This document shows positions 1-11,287 of a DNA stretch of 64,000 nucleotides, piece by piece. Numbering within the stretch: the first letter of the stretch is position 1; the number at the start of each line of letters is the position of its first letter. The stretch is from Dromiciops gliroides. Lineage: Eukaryota. The stretch is taken from contig NC_057863.1 in the NCBI RefSeq assembly GCF_019393635.1, forward strand, positions 490,648,948 through 490,712,947. The letters are read 5' to 3'. Position numbers and translations under genes: made by a program. A model generated the notes under the pieces. That model made no database searches, was not told where the DNA came from, and saw nothing but the letters and a program-made list of their open reading frames with translations.

Positions 1-419
1 TGTCAAACATGAAATTTGTTATATATGAGGCTAGAATTCAGAAGAGAGATTCAGACTAGTTACATAGATCTACATAGTGATGACAAGAAAACCCACAGGA
101 ATTGACATAGTTACCAAGCAAGAGCTTGGTTAGGGAATGTGAAATGAATGATCATCCCACAAAGGAGTCTGGGAAGGAATGGGTAAACAGCTGTCAGAAT
201 GAAGGGAGAAAGCATGTCACAGCGATGTAGGGAGGAGAGGGTAGTCAGTTGTGTCCAAATGTCACAGAGAAGCATTGTTAAAAGGATGAGGATTAAGAAA
301 AGGACATTAGATTTGATGATCAGAAAATCACTGCTAACTTTGAGAAGAGAACTTTCATTTTGAGTGGGCAGTTACGGATAAGGGGGTTGAGATCCTGGGA
401 AAGTACTTGGAAGGATAGT

Positions 420-490
420 GATCATCCCCGCCCTTCCCTCCCCCTCCCCTCCCCTCCCTCTCCCCTCCCCCTGCCCCTCCTCCCCTTCAG
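420..490. repeat. About 70-bp polypyrimidine (C/T) tract, (CCCCT/CCCTC)n-like
   Basis: Direct read: ccgcccttccctccccctcccctcccctccctctcccctccccctgcccctcctcccc. Confidence 0.9.
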
Positions 491-1099
491 AAATAGAGAA
501 GTTCAGATGAGTGATGGCTTTTGGGGAAAAGATAATACAATTACAATCCAGCCATATTTAAATATCTTAGCTTACTCTTTTCCATGGAAAAAGGAATAGT
601 GTGTGAGGGGGAGGTAAGTGTGAGGAGAGGGTTAGAAGGGGCTTACTGTTCCCTGCTCTGGAGCATGAAGCCTGCTGCTGTGGTGATCTGTGGGGATACC
701 AGGAACAGTGGTACTGAAAATTATCCTGTGAAACTTTTTCAGTTGCTTGGGCTGAATTAGGTTGTGTCTTGTCTACCCTGAGGGGTTCAGGCCTAGTGAA
801 GCCACAGGTCAGCTGTAGGAAGGGGAAATGGTATGTAGGAAGAGAGTCATGGTATTGTGTAAGACACAAACATATTATTGGCTATGGCAGGGGAGGGTGG
901 AATGCAATCCATGTTCTCACCTGCTTGTTGATCATCCACCCCTTGGGGCATTACATAGCCCTCACTTTGGTGACCCCTTCTCTAGGCCATGAGAACCATT
1001 GAAGGCTTTTGACCAGAGGAGTGAAGATGGTCTGAAAGATGACTTGGAGAGAAAAAAGACTGGGGGTGGGAGACCAGTTGGGAGGCTAGAGTTGAGAGT

Positions 1100-2400
1100 A
1101 GATATAGATGTCTACACTTATTACCTCTCTTTCCTTCCTTCTCACTGTCTCCTCAGTTCCTTGCAGTCTAGATTTTGACCTCATAACTCAACTGAAACTA
1201 CTTTCCCTAGTGTTACCAATGCTCTTTTAGTTACCAATTCTGATACTATTTTCTCAGCTTTCTTGAACTCTGACACTGTTGACTACACTCCTTTCTTGTC
1301 TACTATCTTCTCTGGGTCTCTGTGACACTGTTCCCTCCTGGTTCTCTTCCCTGTGTGACCATTCTTTCCCAGTCTCTTTTGCTGGCTCATCATCCATATC
1401 ACAACTTTTAACTGTGAATGTGTCCTGGGCCCTTTTTCTTTCCTACTCTCTCTGGCTTGATGACCTTATTAGCTCCCGTAGATTTAGCCATCATCTATAG
1501 GTTAAGAACTCGTAGATCTATATTCTTGTCCCAGTGTCTCTCTTTATTGTTTGTCAGTCCTGTGTCCTTGCTTTTTCATTAGACATTTCAAACTGGATGC
1601 CTCAGATACATCTCAAACTCAGCCTGACTAAAACAGAACTCCTTGTGACCTCCACCTCTGTCTCACAAACATGCACCTTTTCCAACTCTCCTTATTCCTT
1701 TTGAAGATGCCACTGTTCTGCCAGTCATCCAGCATCATAATCCTGTCAAGAAAGTCAGCTTCTCCCTCTCCCTCACCTAGTCACCGAATTGACAGATCTT
1801 GCCATCCCTCCTTCCACAGCATCTCTCCACTCACCTGGCCAGCACCATGGTTCAGTACCTCATTACCTCTTGCCTGATTATTGCAGAGCCTTTCAATTGG
1901 TTTCCCTTCCTCCTGTCCCTTATCTATTCACCTGCTCTGGTGCTCTAGGATAGTAAATAAACTCCACTGTATTTAGCTTTTTAAGCACTTTACAACACGG
2001 TCCCAACCTATGGTCCCTTCTACTTCCTTGTTGGACATTTCACTTCCTCCTGCACTTGGTGATGTAGCCAAACTGGCCTTCGTAATGGCTGTCCCCTTTG
2101 CCCGGAATATACTCTCTTGTCTCCACAGAATCTCTTTCTTTAAAATACAGCTCAAGCACCTCCTTCTACAAAGAACTTTTCCTGATCCTCCTCAGCTGTT
2201 AATGCTCTTTCTCTTTCCCTCCCTCCCTTGTATTTAACTACTTTGTGATAATTCTGTCTGTACTTAGATGTGTACTTGTTGTCTTCCTTGGAAGCTCCTT
2301 GAGATTAGGCTTGTTTCATTCCTTGTGTTTGCAGCCTGAGGATGCCTAGTACAGTGCCTAATATTTAGGAGTCACTGAGTAAATGCTTATTGACTGGGTG
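1100..2400 (-). repeat. L2 (LINE-2) 3'-end relic with a MIR-like tail
   Basis: Reverse complement of the L2 3' region (ctcaaactcagcctgactaaaacagaactcc ... gtacagtgcctaatatttaggagtcactgagtaaatgcttattgactg). Confidence 0.5.
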
Positions 2401-3017
2401 TATGCAGCAGTTAGATGTTGTCGATATGGAAATGACAAGATGTGGTAAGTGAGGGAGAGGAAAAATAGTTGAGGTTTTAGGTCCAGGTGACTGGCTTTCC
2501 AGATAGATGGGGAAACTGATCCTAACAGGAGAGGGACTTGACTAAGGTCATATAGTTAGTAAGTGACTAAGCTGGGATATTGTCTTCCCTCCCTGTGAGG
2601 TAAATAGTAGAAGTATGATTCTCTCTATTATACTCATGGGGAACCTGACAGGAAAAGACTGACTCAGGGTTGAACAGCTGGTAAGCATCAGAGACAGCTT
2701 TTGAATCCAGATCTTTTGACTTGAAGCACCGCTCTCTTTCTTTCTTACCATTCTTACCACACTGTTAAAATGTTCATGTTAATATATTTTTATTAAGGGT
2801 ATAATGTATTATATGGACTCATTGTGATCTATTGTGTTAGAATATTAATGTATTAGATTTATTTGCTTAGATTTTGTTTCTTAAAATGGTTTATAAAATA
2901 GTAAATAATCTTTTAAAATTTAAAACTTAAGGTTCTTAGAAATCTTAATGTGGCACTTAATGTTAAATGTTTTAACATCAGGATTTATTTGCTTCATAAT
3001 TTTATTTTCATTATTAG

Positions 3018-3120
3018 GCCAATTAAAGCTGCCATTAGAGAAAGGAAACAGACGTATGAAGAATTCTTAGAGGAACAGATTCAGATAGAAGAACAGGAAC
3101 TGAAACAAAAGCAGCTACAG
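3018..3120 (+). CDS. CENPJ: CENPJ coding exon ([35 protein letters not shown]); enters in phase 2, ends phase 0
   Basis: Acceptor ttattag|GCC and donor CAG|gttagc. Translation is continuous with the next exon. Matches the CENPJ region preceding the large exon as I recall it. Confidence 0.75.
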
Positions 3121-3259
3121 GTTAGCATTTCAGATGTTTTGACTATAATATCCCAAACCTTTAAAAATTCATCATTATTACATAGCTTACTTTAGAAGTA
3201 CCTTGACTATTACTAAGTAATATACAAAATTAATTAAATTCTATTTATTTTATTTTTAG

Positions 3260-4880
3260 GAAGCAGAAATGTCATTGCTAACCAAAGTAATACCAAAACG
3301 ACCATTCTTAAAACGAGGAGAAGGCCTAGCTAGGTTTACTAATGCTAAATCTAAATGTTGGAAATCAAAAGAGAGTAAATCAATGATTCATCAAAGCATG
3401 CCAGAAGAACAACCTGTGTTTAAAGCAGACAGACAACAAATGCAGCGGAAAACTGCTCTCATAAATAAGGAACTAGTTACAGAGATGAAAAAGAATAATC
3501 AAGTGAGAATGAAGACCAGTTCTGCTGCAGTTTCTCAGAAGTCAAAAATACTTAAGAGTAATAATGGGAAAACTGTTTCTCCATCAAAAATGAAAATACA
3601 ATTTGGGAAAAAATTTGATGGGCAGTTTAGAGATCAGCTAAAATTAGAAAAAAACACTAAGTTAGAGCCTAATAAAGAAAATATACCAGAGGGTTCAAAA
3701 CCCTTTGAAATTGGTTGCAAAGTCAGAAATAAGCCACAATGCACAGAAAAGCCTCTTATTTCTACAGAGCTCACCAACCCCACCTCTGTTTCTAAAAACT
3801 CTATGGGTCATATTGTAAAAGATCCAGAATTTTCTTTTGAAGTTTCATTTCAGAAGAAATTAGACAATTGGGAAAAGGAAAAAGAAAAGGAAAACTTGGA
3901 GTTAGATGAATTTTTGTTCTTGGAACAAGCTGCTGATGAAATATCATTCTCTAGTAATTCCTCATTTGTATTAAAAATCTTAGAAAGAGACCAGCAGACT
4001 ACCAGAGGTCACAGAATGTCTTCTACCCCAGTCAAATCAGGACAGCAAATGAAAAGAAATGTAATAGATATTGTTACTCCACACAACCAAAATAAAAAAT
4101 TGGACCATATTAAACAAGAAGATAAGAATATGTGTGAAATAACAAAACATCTTGAATCAAAAACATCACCCCTTAGTTTGAAAGAACAGATCAGCAAGGT
4201 CAGCAAAAAAGGATTTCAAACTACTACTTCTGAGAATCAAATTAAATGGAATGTAAGTGAGGATGAAGATGATGGGAACAGTGCTATCAGCAGTGACTTT
4301 GAAGAGCAACTGGATAGCACCATAAAAGCAACAAATGAAGATACTAACAAGTTTTTCAGCAGCTGCAGAGAAGATAATCCAGAGAAGGGTGATGGCAAAG
4401 GACCTTTCCGAGACACTAGGAAGGAGGGTAAAAGCAGGGATATTGATCTGGATTTGTCAGATAAAGATGACAGTAGTGATGAATCCATTGTGGTAGAAAG
4501 CATGAATGATAAAGTTTCTGAGGCTTCAAGAAGAGCATCATGTACAAATATGAATAAAATTGACTTTGATGATGAGCGAACATGGACTGACCTAGAAGAA
4601 AATGAAAGTAACCTTGACATACTTGGGAATGAAGATGTTAATGGGCTTCCACTGATGGATCATTGTAGTAAAACTGAAATAGCTAATTTGGACAAAGCAA
4701 TAAAAAGGAAGGTTGCACCCATAAAGAAAGGAGATGATTTATGTAAATCCAGTAAGAGTAGAAGTCCTCCTCCTTCTGATCTGATGATGAAACTCTTTCC
4801 TTCCCTGAAGCCTAAACCTAGGTCAGACTCACACTTAGCATCTGAATCTGAATTAAATAAAAGCCAAGAACAACCCCTTG
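3260..4880 (+). CDS. CENPJ: CENPJ large internal exon (~1.6 kb; EAEMSLLTKVIPKRPFLKRGEGLARFTNAK...SQEQPLG)
   Basis: Acceptor tttttag|GAAGCAGAAATG. Open 540 codons, Lys/Glu/Ser-rich. Donor CCCTTG|gtaagc at 4881. The supplied 559-aa ORF 3269-4948 reads through this donor. Confidence 0.85.
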
Positions 4881-5844
4881 GTAAGCCTTTCTACTATCAG
4901 AAACTAAAGATTTATCAAAATTTTATAAAGCCTAACTTTATTCTGTGATTTCTATTAAGTAAGATCAGATATTTGAAACCTGATGTGGCATCAATTTGAA
5001 AAAATTTTTTTGATTGCGTACTCCCATGTAAGGTGCTGTTAAGGTACCTCCTTACCAAAGATATAAAAATTATAATCTGGGCCCCTGTGGGCTTTGCTGT
5101 CTAGAAGGAGACTTGCATATGTACAGATCACTATAATACGATGTCAGACCTAGTAAGATATCAAGAAAGTGTTCCAGGAGCATAGTTGAAGGAAGTTTAT
5201 TTAGTGGGCCTGACCCAAACATTGAGATAATCTAGTAAAAGGGTTTAGAAGAAAATAAGAGTGGAAAGACATGTAGTTTTTTACTTTTCTAATTCCATGT
5301 GTCAATATTCATTCATATGCAACCCAGGAATATTCTAATACCTTTCATAAACAGGAAGTATTCAGTTTTGGGAAAGTTTGAAGGAACCCTTGCTTACGTA
5401 GCCTTATTTCACAAGCATTCTCACCCTGGAGGAACATGAATTCCAGGAGACTTCTAATTTATCTCTAAAGATTTCTGCCTATATACTGTGAATTTGAGAG
5501 ATGAGAATTTGTGTATGTGTGTGAGATAGGAGGGACTTATTTCCCCCAAACATTAAATTGGCATTGTCCAATCCATCATTAGATTTTGACTGTATATAAC
5601 TTAAGTGGGTGATTTATGATAGAATTTTTAACATTCCAAGGTGGATGAAATATTTATATTTAGAGTTTAGGTGCTTTCTTTAGGGAAATTAGGCCGGTTT
5701 TTATTATTTTTCATTAACTGGAGGAGGGCTTGTAAGTTATTTTAACTCTAAAGTACCTATACATTGTTATCATTTAATAATGGCAATTATTACTATAGGT
5801 TTTCTAATCACAACCTGGCATTCATATTATTTGATATGTTGTAG

Positions 5845-5977
5845 GTGATAGTGTTCGCTCCCAGATTTTGAGAGAGAAAGTTGTTGAGTTGGAAACAGAA
5901 ATTGAAAGATTTAAAGCTGAAAATGCTTCATTAGCTAAACTCCGCAATGAAAGAGAAAGTGCCTTAGAAAATCTCAG
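5845..5977 (+). CDS. CENPJ: CENPJ exon ([45 protein letters not shown])
   Basis: Acceptor tgttgtag|GTGATAG and donor CTCAG|gtaagt. Phases 1 to 2 agree with the flanking exons. Coiled-coil region. Confidence 0.85.
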
Positions 5978-6387
5978 GTAAGTTTGTGGATCTTTAGAGT
6001 GTGGTGCATGTGATCTTCACAAGGAATAGACTTTAAATCAATTACATCTTGAAATGCTATTGTATTTTCGGTGGCCAACAAAAACTTCAAGGATTCTCTT
6101 TAGGCAATGGCTATCTTCAATACTCAGTGATTCTTAATATTTAATCTTCTTTTCTTATGAAAGGTGAGGGTCAAAAGAGTTTAAGCAGCTCACATAATAC
6201 CTGAAATGGGTATACTGGCATCCTAGGTTTCATTGTTTAACTTAGAGCATAGAGACTGAAAAGTACCTACCCTATAACAGCTAACATTTTCAATGATGCT
6301 TACTATATGCCAAGCACTGGGCTAAGTGCTTTACAATTATTATTTCATTTGATCTTCATAATGACCCTGGAAGGTTGGTGCTATTCT

Positions 6388-6420
6388 TTGTGTGTGTGTG
6401 TGTGTGTGTATGTGTGTGTG
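6388..6420. repeat. (TG)n microsatellite abutting a SINE
   Basis: Direct read. Confidence 0.9.
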
Positions 6421-6422
6421 TC

Positions 6423-6550
6423 AATTGGGGTTAAGTGACTTGCCCAGGGTCACACAGCTAGTAAGTGTTAAGTGTCTGAGGCCAGATTTGAACTCAGGTA
6501 CTCCTGAATCCAAGGCTGGTGCTCTATCCACTGCACCACCTAGCTGCCCC
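6423..6550 (-). mobile_element. Mar1-like tRNA-derived CORE-SINE (marsupial-type)
   Basis: Reverse complement of the recurring unit GGGGCAGCTAGGTGG.GCAGTGGATAGAGCAC...CTAGCTGTGTGACCCTGGGCAAGTCACTTAACCCCAATTGCCTCAC. Confidence 0.9.
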
Positions 6551-6562
6551 ACTATTCTTATT

Positions 6563-6706
6563 CCTATTTTACAGATGAGGAAACTTGAGATAGAAGTTAA
6601 GTGACTTGCCCAGGGTCCCATAGCTAATGAATGCCTGAGACAGGATTTGAAATTCAGGTCTTCCTGACTCCAGACCCAGAGCTCTGTTCACTGTGCCACC
6701 TAGATG
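6563..6706 (-). repeat. MIR element
   Basis: ttttacagatgaggaaacttgag...taagtgacttgcccagggtc...ggatttgaaattcaggtcttcctgactccag. Confidence 0.8.
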
Positions 6707-7603
6707 TTTAATCAGCTTTACAGAAAAAGTAAACATAGTTTTCAGTGGCAACTTAACACATTCTTAATTCTTTCAGATCTGATTGTACAGGAACAGATTA
6801 TTTTTGTATAGTTGGATTCTGTGTATATACATTGTTTCCAGTGCTGCTTTTTTTTACTGAGTATTATTTTGTAGACATAGCCGCATTATTCTTCATCATA
6901 TTCAGCATCCTTTAAGTCAATATGTATAGGGTATTCATCTTTACAGTTATTTTGTCAGGCACTGTTCACAAGACAACACAATGATTCCCATTTCTCAGGG
7001 AATTTATATTCTCCTAGGGGCAGATATTAATGTCTGTTCAGTGATTTCTTAATTGTACAAAATTTAGGTTGTTGGCAAGATTTTTATGTTGTTAGATTGA
7101 AAACTTTGAATGTCTTTGTTTTTTTTTAAATTTAATTTTAATTTTATTTTTCTCAAATACATGTAAACAAAAAATTTTTAACTTCTATTTTAGAAAATTT
7201 TGAGTTCCAAATTCTCTCTTCCTTCCTTTCCCTCCTCCATCCTTGAGAGGGCAAGTAATCTGATACAGATTACACACGTACAGTTATGTAAAACATTTCC
7301 GTATTAGTCATGTTGCAAAATAAGAACAAACAAAACAAGAACAATACATTAAAAAAAATAAATAATACAGTTTTAAAAGCTTCATTCTTCATTCAGACTC
7401 CATCAGTTCTTTCTCTGGAGGTAGATTGAATTTTTCATTATAAATCCTTCAGAATTGTCTTACATCACTGTATTGTTGAGAATAGCTAAGTCGTTCCCAG
7501 TTGATCATCATACAATATTATTGTTACTATGTGTATACAATGTTCTAATTCTGCTCACTTTGCATCAGTTCATATAAGCCTTCCCAGGTTTTCTTTTCTT
7601 TTC

Positions 7604-7746
7604 TTCTTTTTTTAGGGGCAGTGAGAGTTAAATGACTTGGCCAGGGTCACACAGCTAGTAAGTGTCAAGTGTCTGAGGTCTAATTTAAACTCAGGTTCTC
7701 CTGAATCCAGGGCCAGTGCTTTATCCACTGTCACCTAGCTTCCCCC
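7604..7746 (-). mobile_element. Mar1-like SINE nested inside the old L1
   Basis: T-rich tail followed by the SINE body. About 11-bp imperfect TSD: cccaggttttc / ctcaggcttttc. Confidence 0.85.
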
Positions 7747-7896
7747 TTCTCAGGCTTTTCTGAAAACACCTTGCTCATCATTTCTTATAGCATAATAGTA
7801 TACCATGACAGTCATATGATAGAATTTGTTCATCCATTCCCCAATTAGTGGGTATCCCCTCAATTTCCAATTCTCTGCCACCCAAAGAGGTGCTAT

Positions 7897-8211
7897 AGAA
7901 CCATTGTGCACAGAGACAGCAATACAATGATCCAAGAAAATCCCAAAGGACTATTGATGAAACATACTATCCATCTCCAAAGAAAGAACTGATATTGATT
8001 GAACACAGACTGAAGCATGCTATTTTTCACTTTTTTCTTTTATTCAAGTTTTCTTATACAAAATGACTAATATGGTAATGTTTTACGTAATTGTACATGT
8101 GTAACCCATATCTGATTGCTTATTGCCTCAGGGAGGGGAGAGTGAAGGGAGGAAAGGAGGGACAAAAATTGGAACTAAAAATTATAAATAAAAATGTTTA
8201 TTACTTTAAAA
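7897..8211 (+). mobile_element. Younger 5'-truncated L1 3' end (sense) nested inside the old antisense L1, with a 13-bp TSD
   Basis: Sense L1 3'UTR ending in an A-run at 8208-8214. TSD AAAGAGGTGCTAT (7884-7896) / AAAGAGATGCTAT (8212-8224), 12/13 identical. Confidence 0.65.
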
Positions 8212-9281
8212 AAAGAGATGCTATAAATATTTTTGTACATATAGGACATTTTCCTTTTTTTTTTTTTTTTTTTTGGTATCTTTGGGATATAGACCGACTA
8301 GTAGTATTTCTGGTTCATAGGGTATGCAGTTCTATAGTTCTTTGGACATGGCTCCAAATTGCTCTCCAGAATGGTTGGATCAGTTCCACGAACGGTGTAA
8401 CAAATGGTGCTTTAGTGTCCCTATTTTTCCACATTACTTCCTACATTTGTCATTTTCCTTTTCTGTCATATTAACCAATCTTTAATCAGTAGCATTTTTT
8501 CATATTACTATTGATAGCTTTGATTTCTTCTGAAAACTACCTGTTCATATCCTCTGACCATTAATTAGTTGGGGAAAGACTCATATTCTTATAAATTTGG
8601 CTCAATTATATATTTAAGAAATGATGTCTTCATCAGAAAAACCTGCTATAAAATTTTTTCCCAGTTTACTGCTTCCCTTCTTATCTTGGCTGCATTGGTT
8701 TTGATTGTGTAAAAACTTTTTAATGGGATGTAATCAAAATTATCCATTTTCTATTCAGTAATTCTCTCTGTCTTTTGTTTGGTCATAAATTCTTTCCTTA
8801 TCCACAAATCTGAAGGCAAAATATTCCGTGTTTCCCTAATTTGCTTATGATATTACCCTTTATGAATGTCTGTACAATAGTTTTTCTCTCCTCTTTTTCT
8901 CCTTTTTCAGAAATAATTTGTAAATTCTGTTATACTTTTCTGTGTTACTTGAAAAATAATCATTTTCAAGCTGTTCTAGGTACTGTGCTAAAAGTAAGTT
9001 CTAGGAATCTAAAGAAATGTAAAGACATAGTCCCTGTGCTTAGGGAGTTTACATTCTAGTCTAGCTCCTAGCTTCTTAAACTGTGAGTTGTAACACCATA
9101 TGGGGTTTTGTAACTGAATATGGGGGTCACGAAAATTTTATGTTTATCATATTTTATTTCAAAGATGATTAAATTACATTTAAATTTAGTTCTTAAAAAT
9201 TAATCATCATGATTTGAGTTCATAAGTAGGAGTTTTATTCCTGTCTCTAGGGCATGATCATTTAAAAACATATGAAAACTC

Positions 9282-9439
9282 GGGCAGCTAGGTGGTGCAG
9301 TGGATAAAGTATCGGCCTTGGATTCAGGAGGACCTGAGTTCAAATCCAGGCTCAGACACTTGGCACTTACTAGCTGTGTGACCCTGGGCAAGTCACTTAA
9401 CCCTCATTACCCCGCAAAAACAAAACAAGAAAACAAATA
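9282..9439 (+). mobile_element. Mar1-like SINE with a 17-bp TSD
   Basis: TSD AAAAACATATGAAAACT at 9265-9281 and 9440-9456. A/CAAAA-rich tail. Confidence 0.9.
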
Positions 9440-10065
9440 AAAACATATGAAAACTCAAAGCACAAATCGTAGAAACAATGAACAATTATGTAAAAAAATT
9501 ATAACAATGAGACAACATACCAAAATTTCTGTGATGTAACTAAATCAGTCCTCAGAGGAATATCACTTTGAAAATATGCATTAACAAAAAAAGAGGATCA
9601 ATGAAATGAGACTTCAATTTGAAAAACCTAGAGAATCAACAAATAAACAACCTCCCTGAAAGTACAAAAAAAAAAGAAATCTTGAAAATTATCTGAAAAA
9701 GAGATAATAGTAGGGTGCAAAATAAAAGACTATAGAAATAATAAGGAAAAGCTGGTTCTTTGAAAAGACTAATTATTGATAAGCCCTTTTTACTATCCTG
9801 ATCAAAAAAAGAGATGAAAACAAAAATGCCAAAATAAAAAATGAACAAGGGGTCATGAAAATTTTGGCAACAGTAAAAAGTTATATATACCTGTTTTATA
9901 TACCTATATATCCAGGGTTGTGTAAAAATTTCTCAGGTGAAAAGAGGTTGTGAGTGAAAAAGGTTTAAGAAGCCCTGCCCTAGACCATAGTAGGGGAGCT
10001 GCAAGGCCATTGACTTACTTCCTAAGGGCAAGAATTCACCTAGATCAGATTCTGTTTGTTGTTGT

Positions 10066-10228
10066 TGGTTTTTTTTTTTTGTTTTTTTTTTTAGTGAGGC
10101 AATTGGGGTTAAGTGACTTGCCCAGGGTCACACAGCTAGTAAGTGTTAAGTGTCTGAGGCCGGATTTGAACTCAGGTACTCCTGACTCCAGGGCCGGTGC
10201 TCTATCCACTGCTCCATCTAGCTGCCCC
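10066..10228 (-). mobile_element. Mar1-like SINE
   Basis: T-tail then the reverse-complemented SINE body ending ctagctgcccc. Confidence 0.9.
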
Positions 10229-10249
10229 TGTTGTTATTTTTAATGATAT

Positions 10250-11095
10250 GGTCAATTATGTTGATAGTTTTCCTAATGTTGAACCAGCTCTGCATTCCTG
10301 GTATAAATTCCACCTTGTCATAATGTATGATCTTTGTGATATATTGTAATCACCTTAACTTTTTTCATTAATGTTTGTTAAAGGAATTAGTCTATAGTTT
10401 TTTTCTCTCTATTTGTTCTTCCTAGTTTAGGTATCAAAACCATATTTACATCATAAAAGAAATTTGATAGGATTCCTTCTTTACCTGGTTCTGAGGATTT
10501 TTTCTTAGGGAGCTCATTGATGGGTCATTCAATTTCTTTTTGTAAGATAGGGTTATTTAAATATTCTGTATCCTTTTCTGTTAATCTGGGCAATTTATAT
10601 TTTTCTAAATATTCATGTATTTCACTTAGATTGTCAGTTTTACTGGCATATAATTAGGATAATTGCTTTAATTTTTACTTCATTGCTAGTACATTCACCC
10701 TTTTCCTTTTTTATATTGGTAATGTGGTTTTCTTTTTTTAAAATAAAATTTTGAAATGGTTTATCTATTTTTTTGATAAAGCCAATTCCTAGTTTAGTTA
10801 TTAATCCAATTTTTTATTTTAAATTTTATTAATCTCTCCTTTGTTTTTCAGGATTTCTATTTTGGTGTTTAATTGGGAATTTAAAATTTTTTTTTTCTAG
10901 TTTTTTTAGTTGCATGACTAATTCATTGATCTGCTCTTTTCTTTTATTGATGTATGCATTTAGAGATATACATTTTTCCCTAAGTACTACTCTGGCTGCA
11001 TCCCACAAATTTTTGAATGTAGTCACATTGTTGTCATTGTTTCTATGATTTGTTTTTTGACTCACTCATTCTTTTTTTTTTAAGACTTTTATTTT
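10250..11095 (-). mobile_element. L1 ORF2 fragment (end of the endonuclease region / start of the RT), antisense
   Basis: The - strand ORF 10829-11065 reads ...FKNLWDAARVVLREKCISLNAYINKRKEQ..., which is L1 ORF2-like. The DNA resembles antisense L1 ORF2. Confidence 0.7.
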
Positions 11096-11128
11096 CCAAA
11101 TTACATGTAAAAGCAAATTTTGACATCA

Positions 11129-11287
11129 GTTTTTTTTGTTGTTTTGTTTTTGTTGAGGCAATTGGGGTTAAGTGACTTGCCCAGGGTCACACAGCTAGTA
11201 AGTACCAAGTGTCTGAGGCTGGATTTGAACTCAGGTCCTCCTGACTCCAGGGCTGGTGCTCTATCCACTGCGCCACCTAGCTGCCCC
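11129..11287 (-). mobile_element. Mar1-like SINE
   Basis: Same unit, reverse orientation. Confidence 0.9.

Larger units (their letters stand above)
7118..8950 (-). mobile_element. Old L1 on the - strand (ORF2 C-terminal region plus 3'UTR) carrying two nested insertions
   Basis: Antisense L1 3'UTR at 7118-7600 and antisense ORF2 C-terminus at 7747-7896 and 8212-8950. The - strand ORF 7750-7935 reads ...KLRGYPLIGEWMNKFYHMTVMVYYYAIRNDE. Homologous to the + strand L1 copies at 39249 and 57490. Confidence 0.7.

Noticed and set aside
2950-3195. 81-aa ORF that might be taken as a stand-alone CDS
   Set aside because: Only 3018-3120 is a CENPJ exon. The remainder is intron read through in frame.
4881-4948. 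Tail of the 559-aa ORF (GKPFYYQKLKIYQNFIKPNFIL*)
   Set aside because: It lies beyond a strong donor at 4880|gtaagc, and the downstream exon at 5845 continues the conserved CENPJ sequence.
6392-6604. Dozens of 60-130 aa ORFs on both strands sharing the peptide ...LGLSDLPRVTQLVSVKCLRPDLNSGTPDSRAGALSTAPPSCP... (and MGQLGGAVDRAPALESGVPEFKSGLRHLTLTSCVTLGKSLNP in the other frame) could look like a multi-copy gene family
   Set aside because: They are translations of the Mar1-like SINE in its two orientations. They coincide exactly with SINE copies, carry no splice sites or start context, and end at SINE boundaries.
7750-7935. The - strand ORF at 7750-7935 and the + strand ORFs at 39236-39493 and 57790-58047, with similar C-termini (..EYYCAIRNDE)
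   Set aside because: They are L1 ORF2 C-terminal remnants of 5'-truncated L1 copies.
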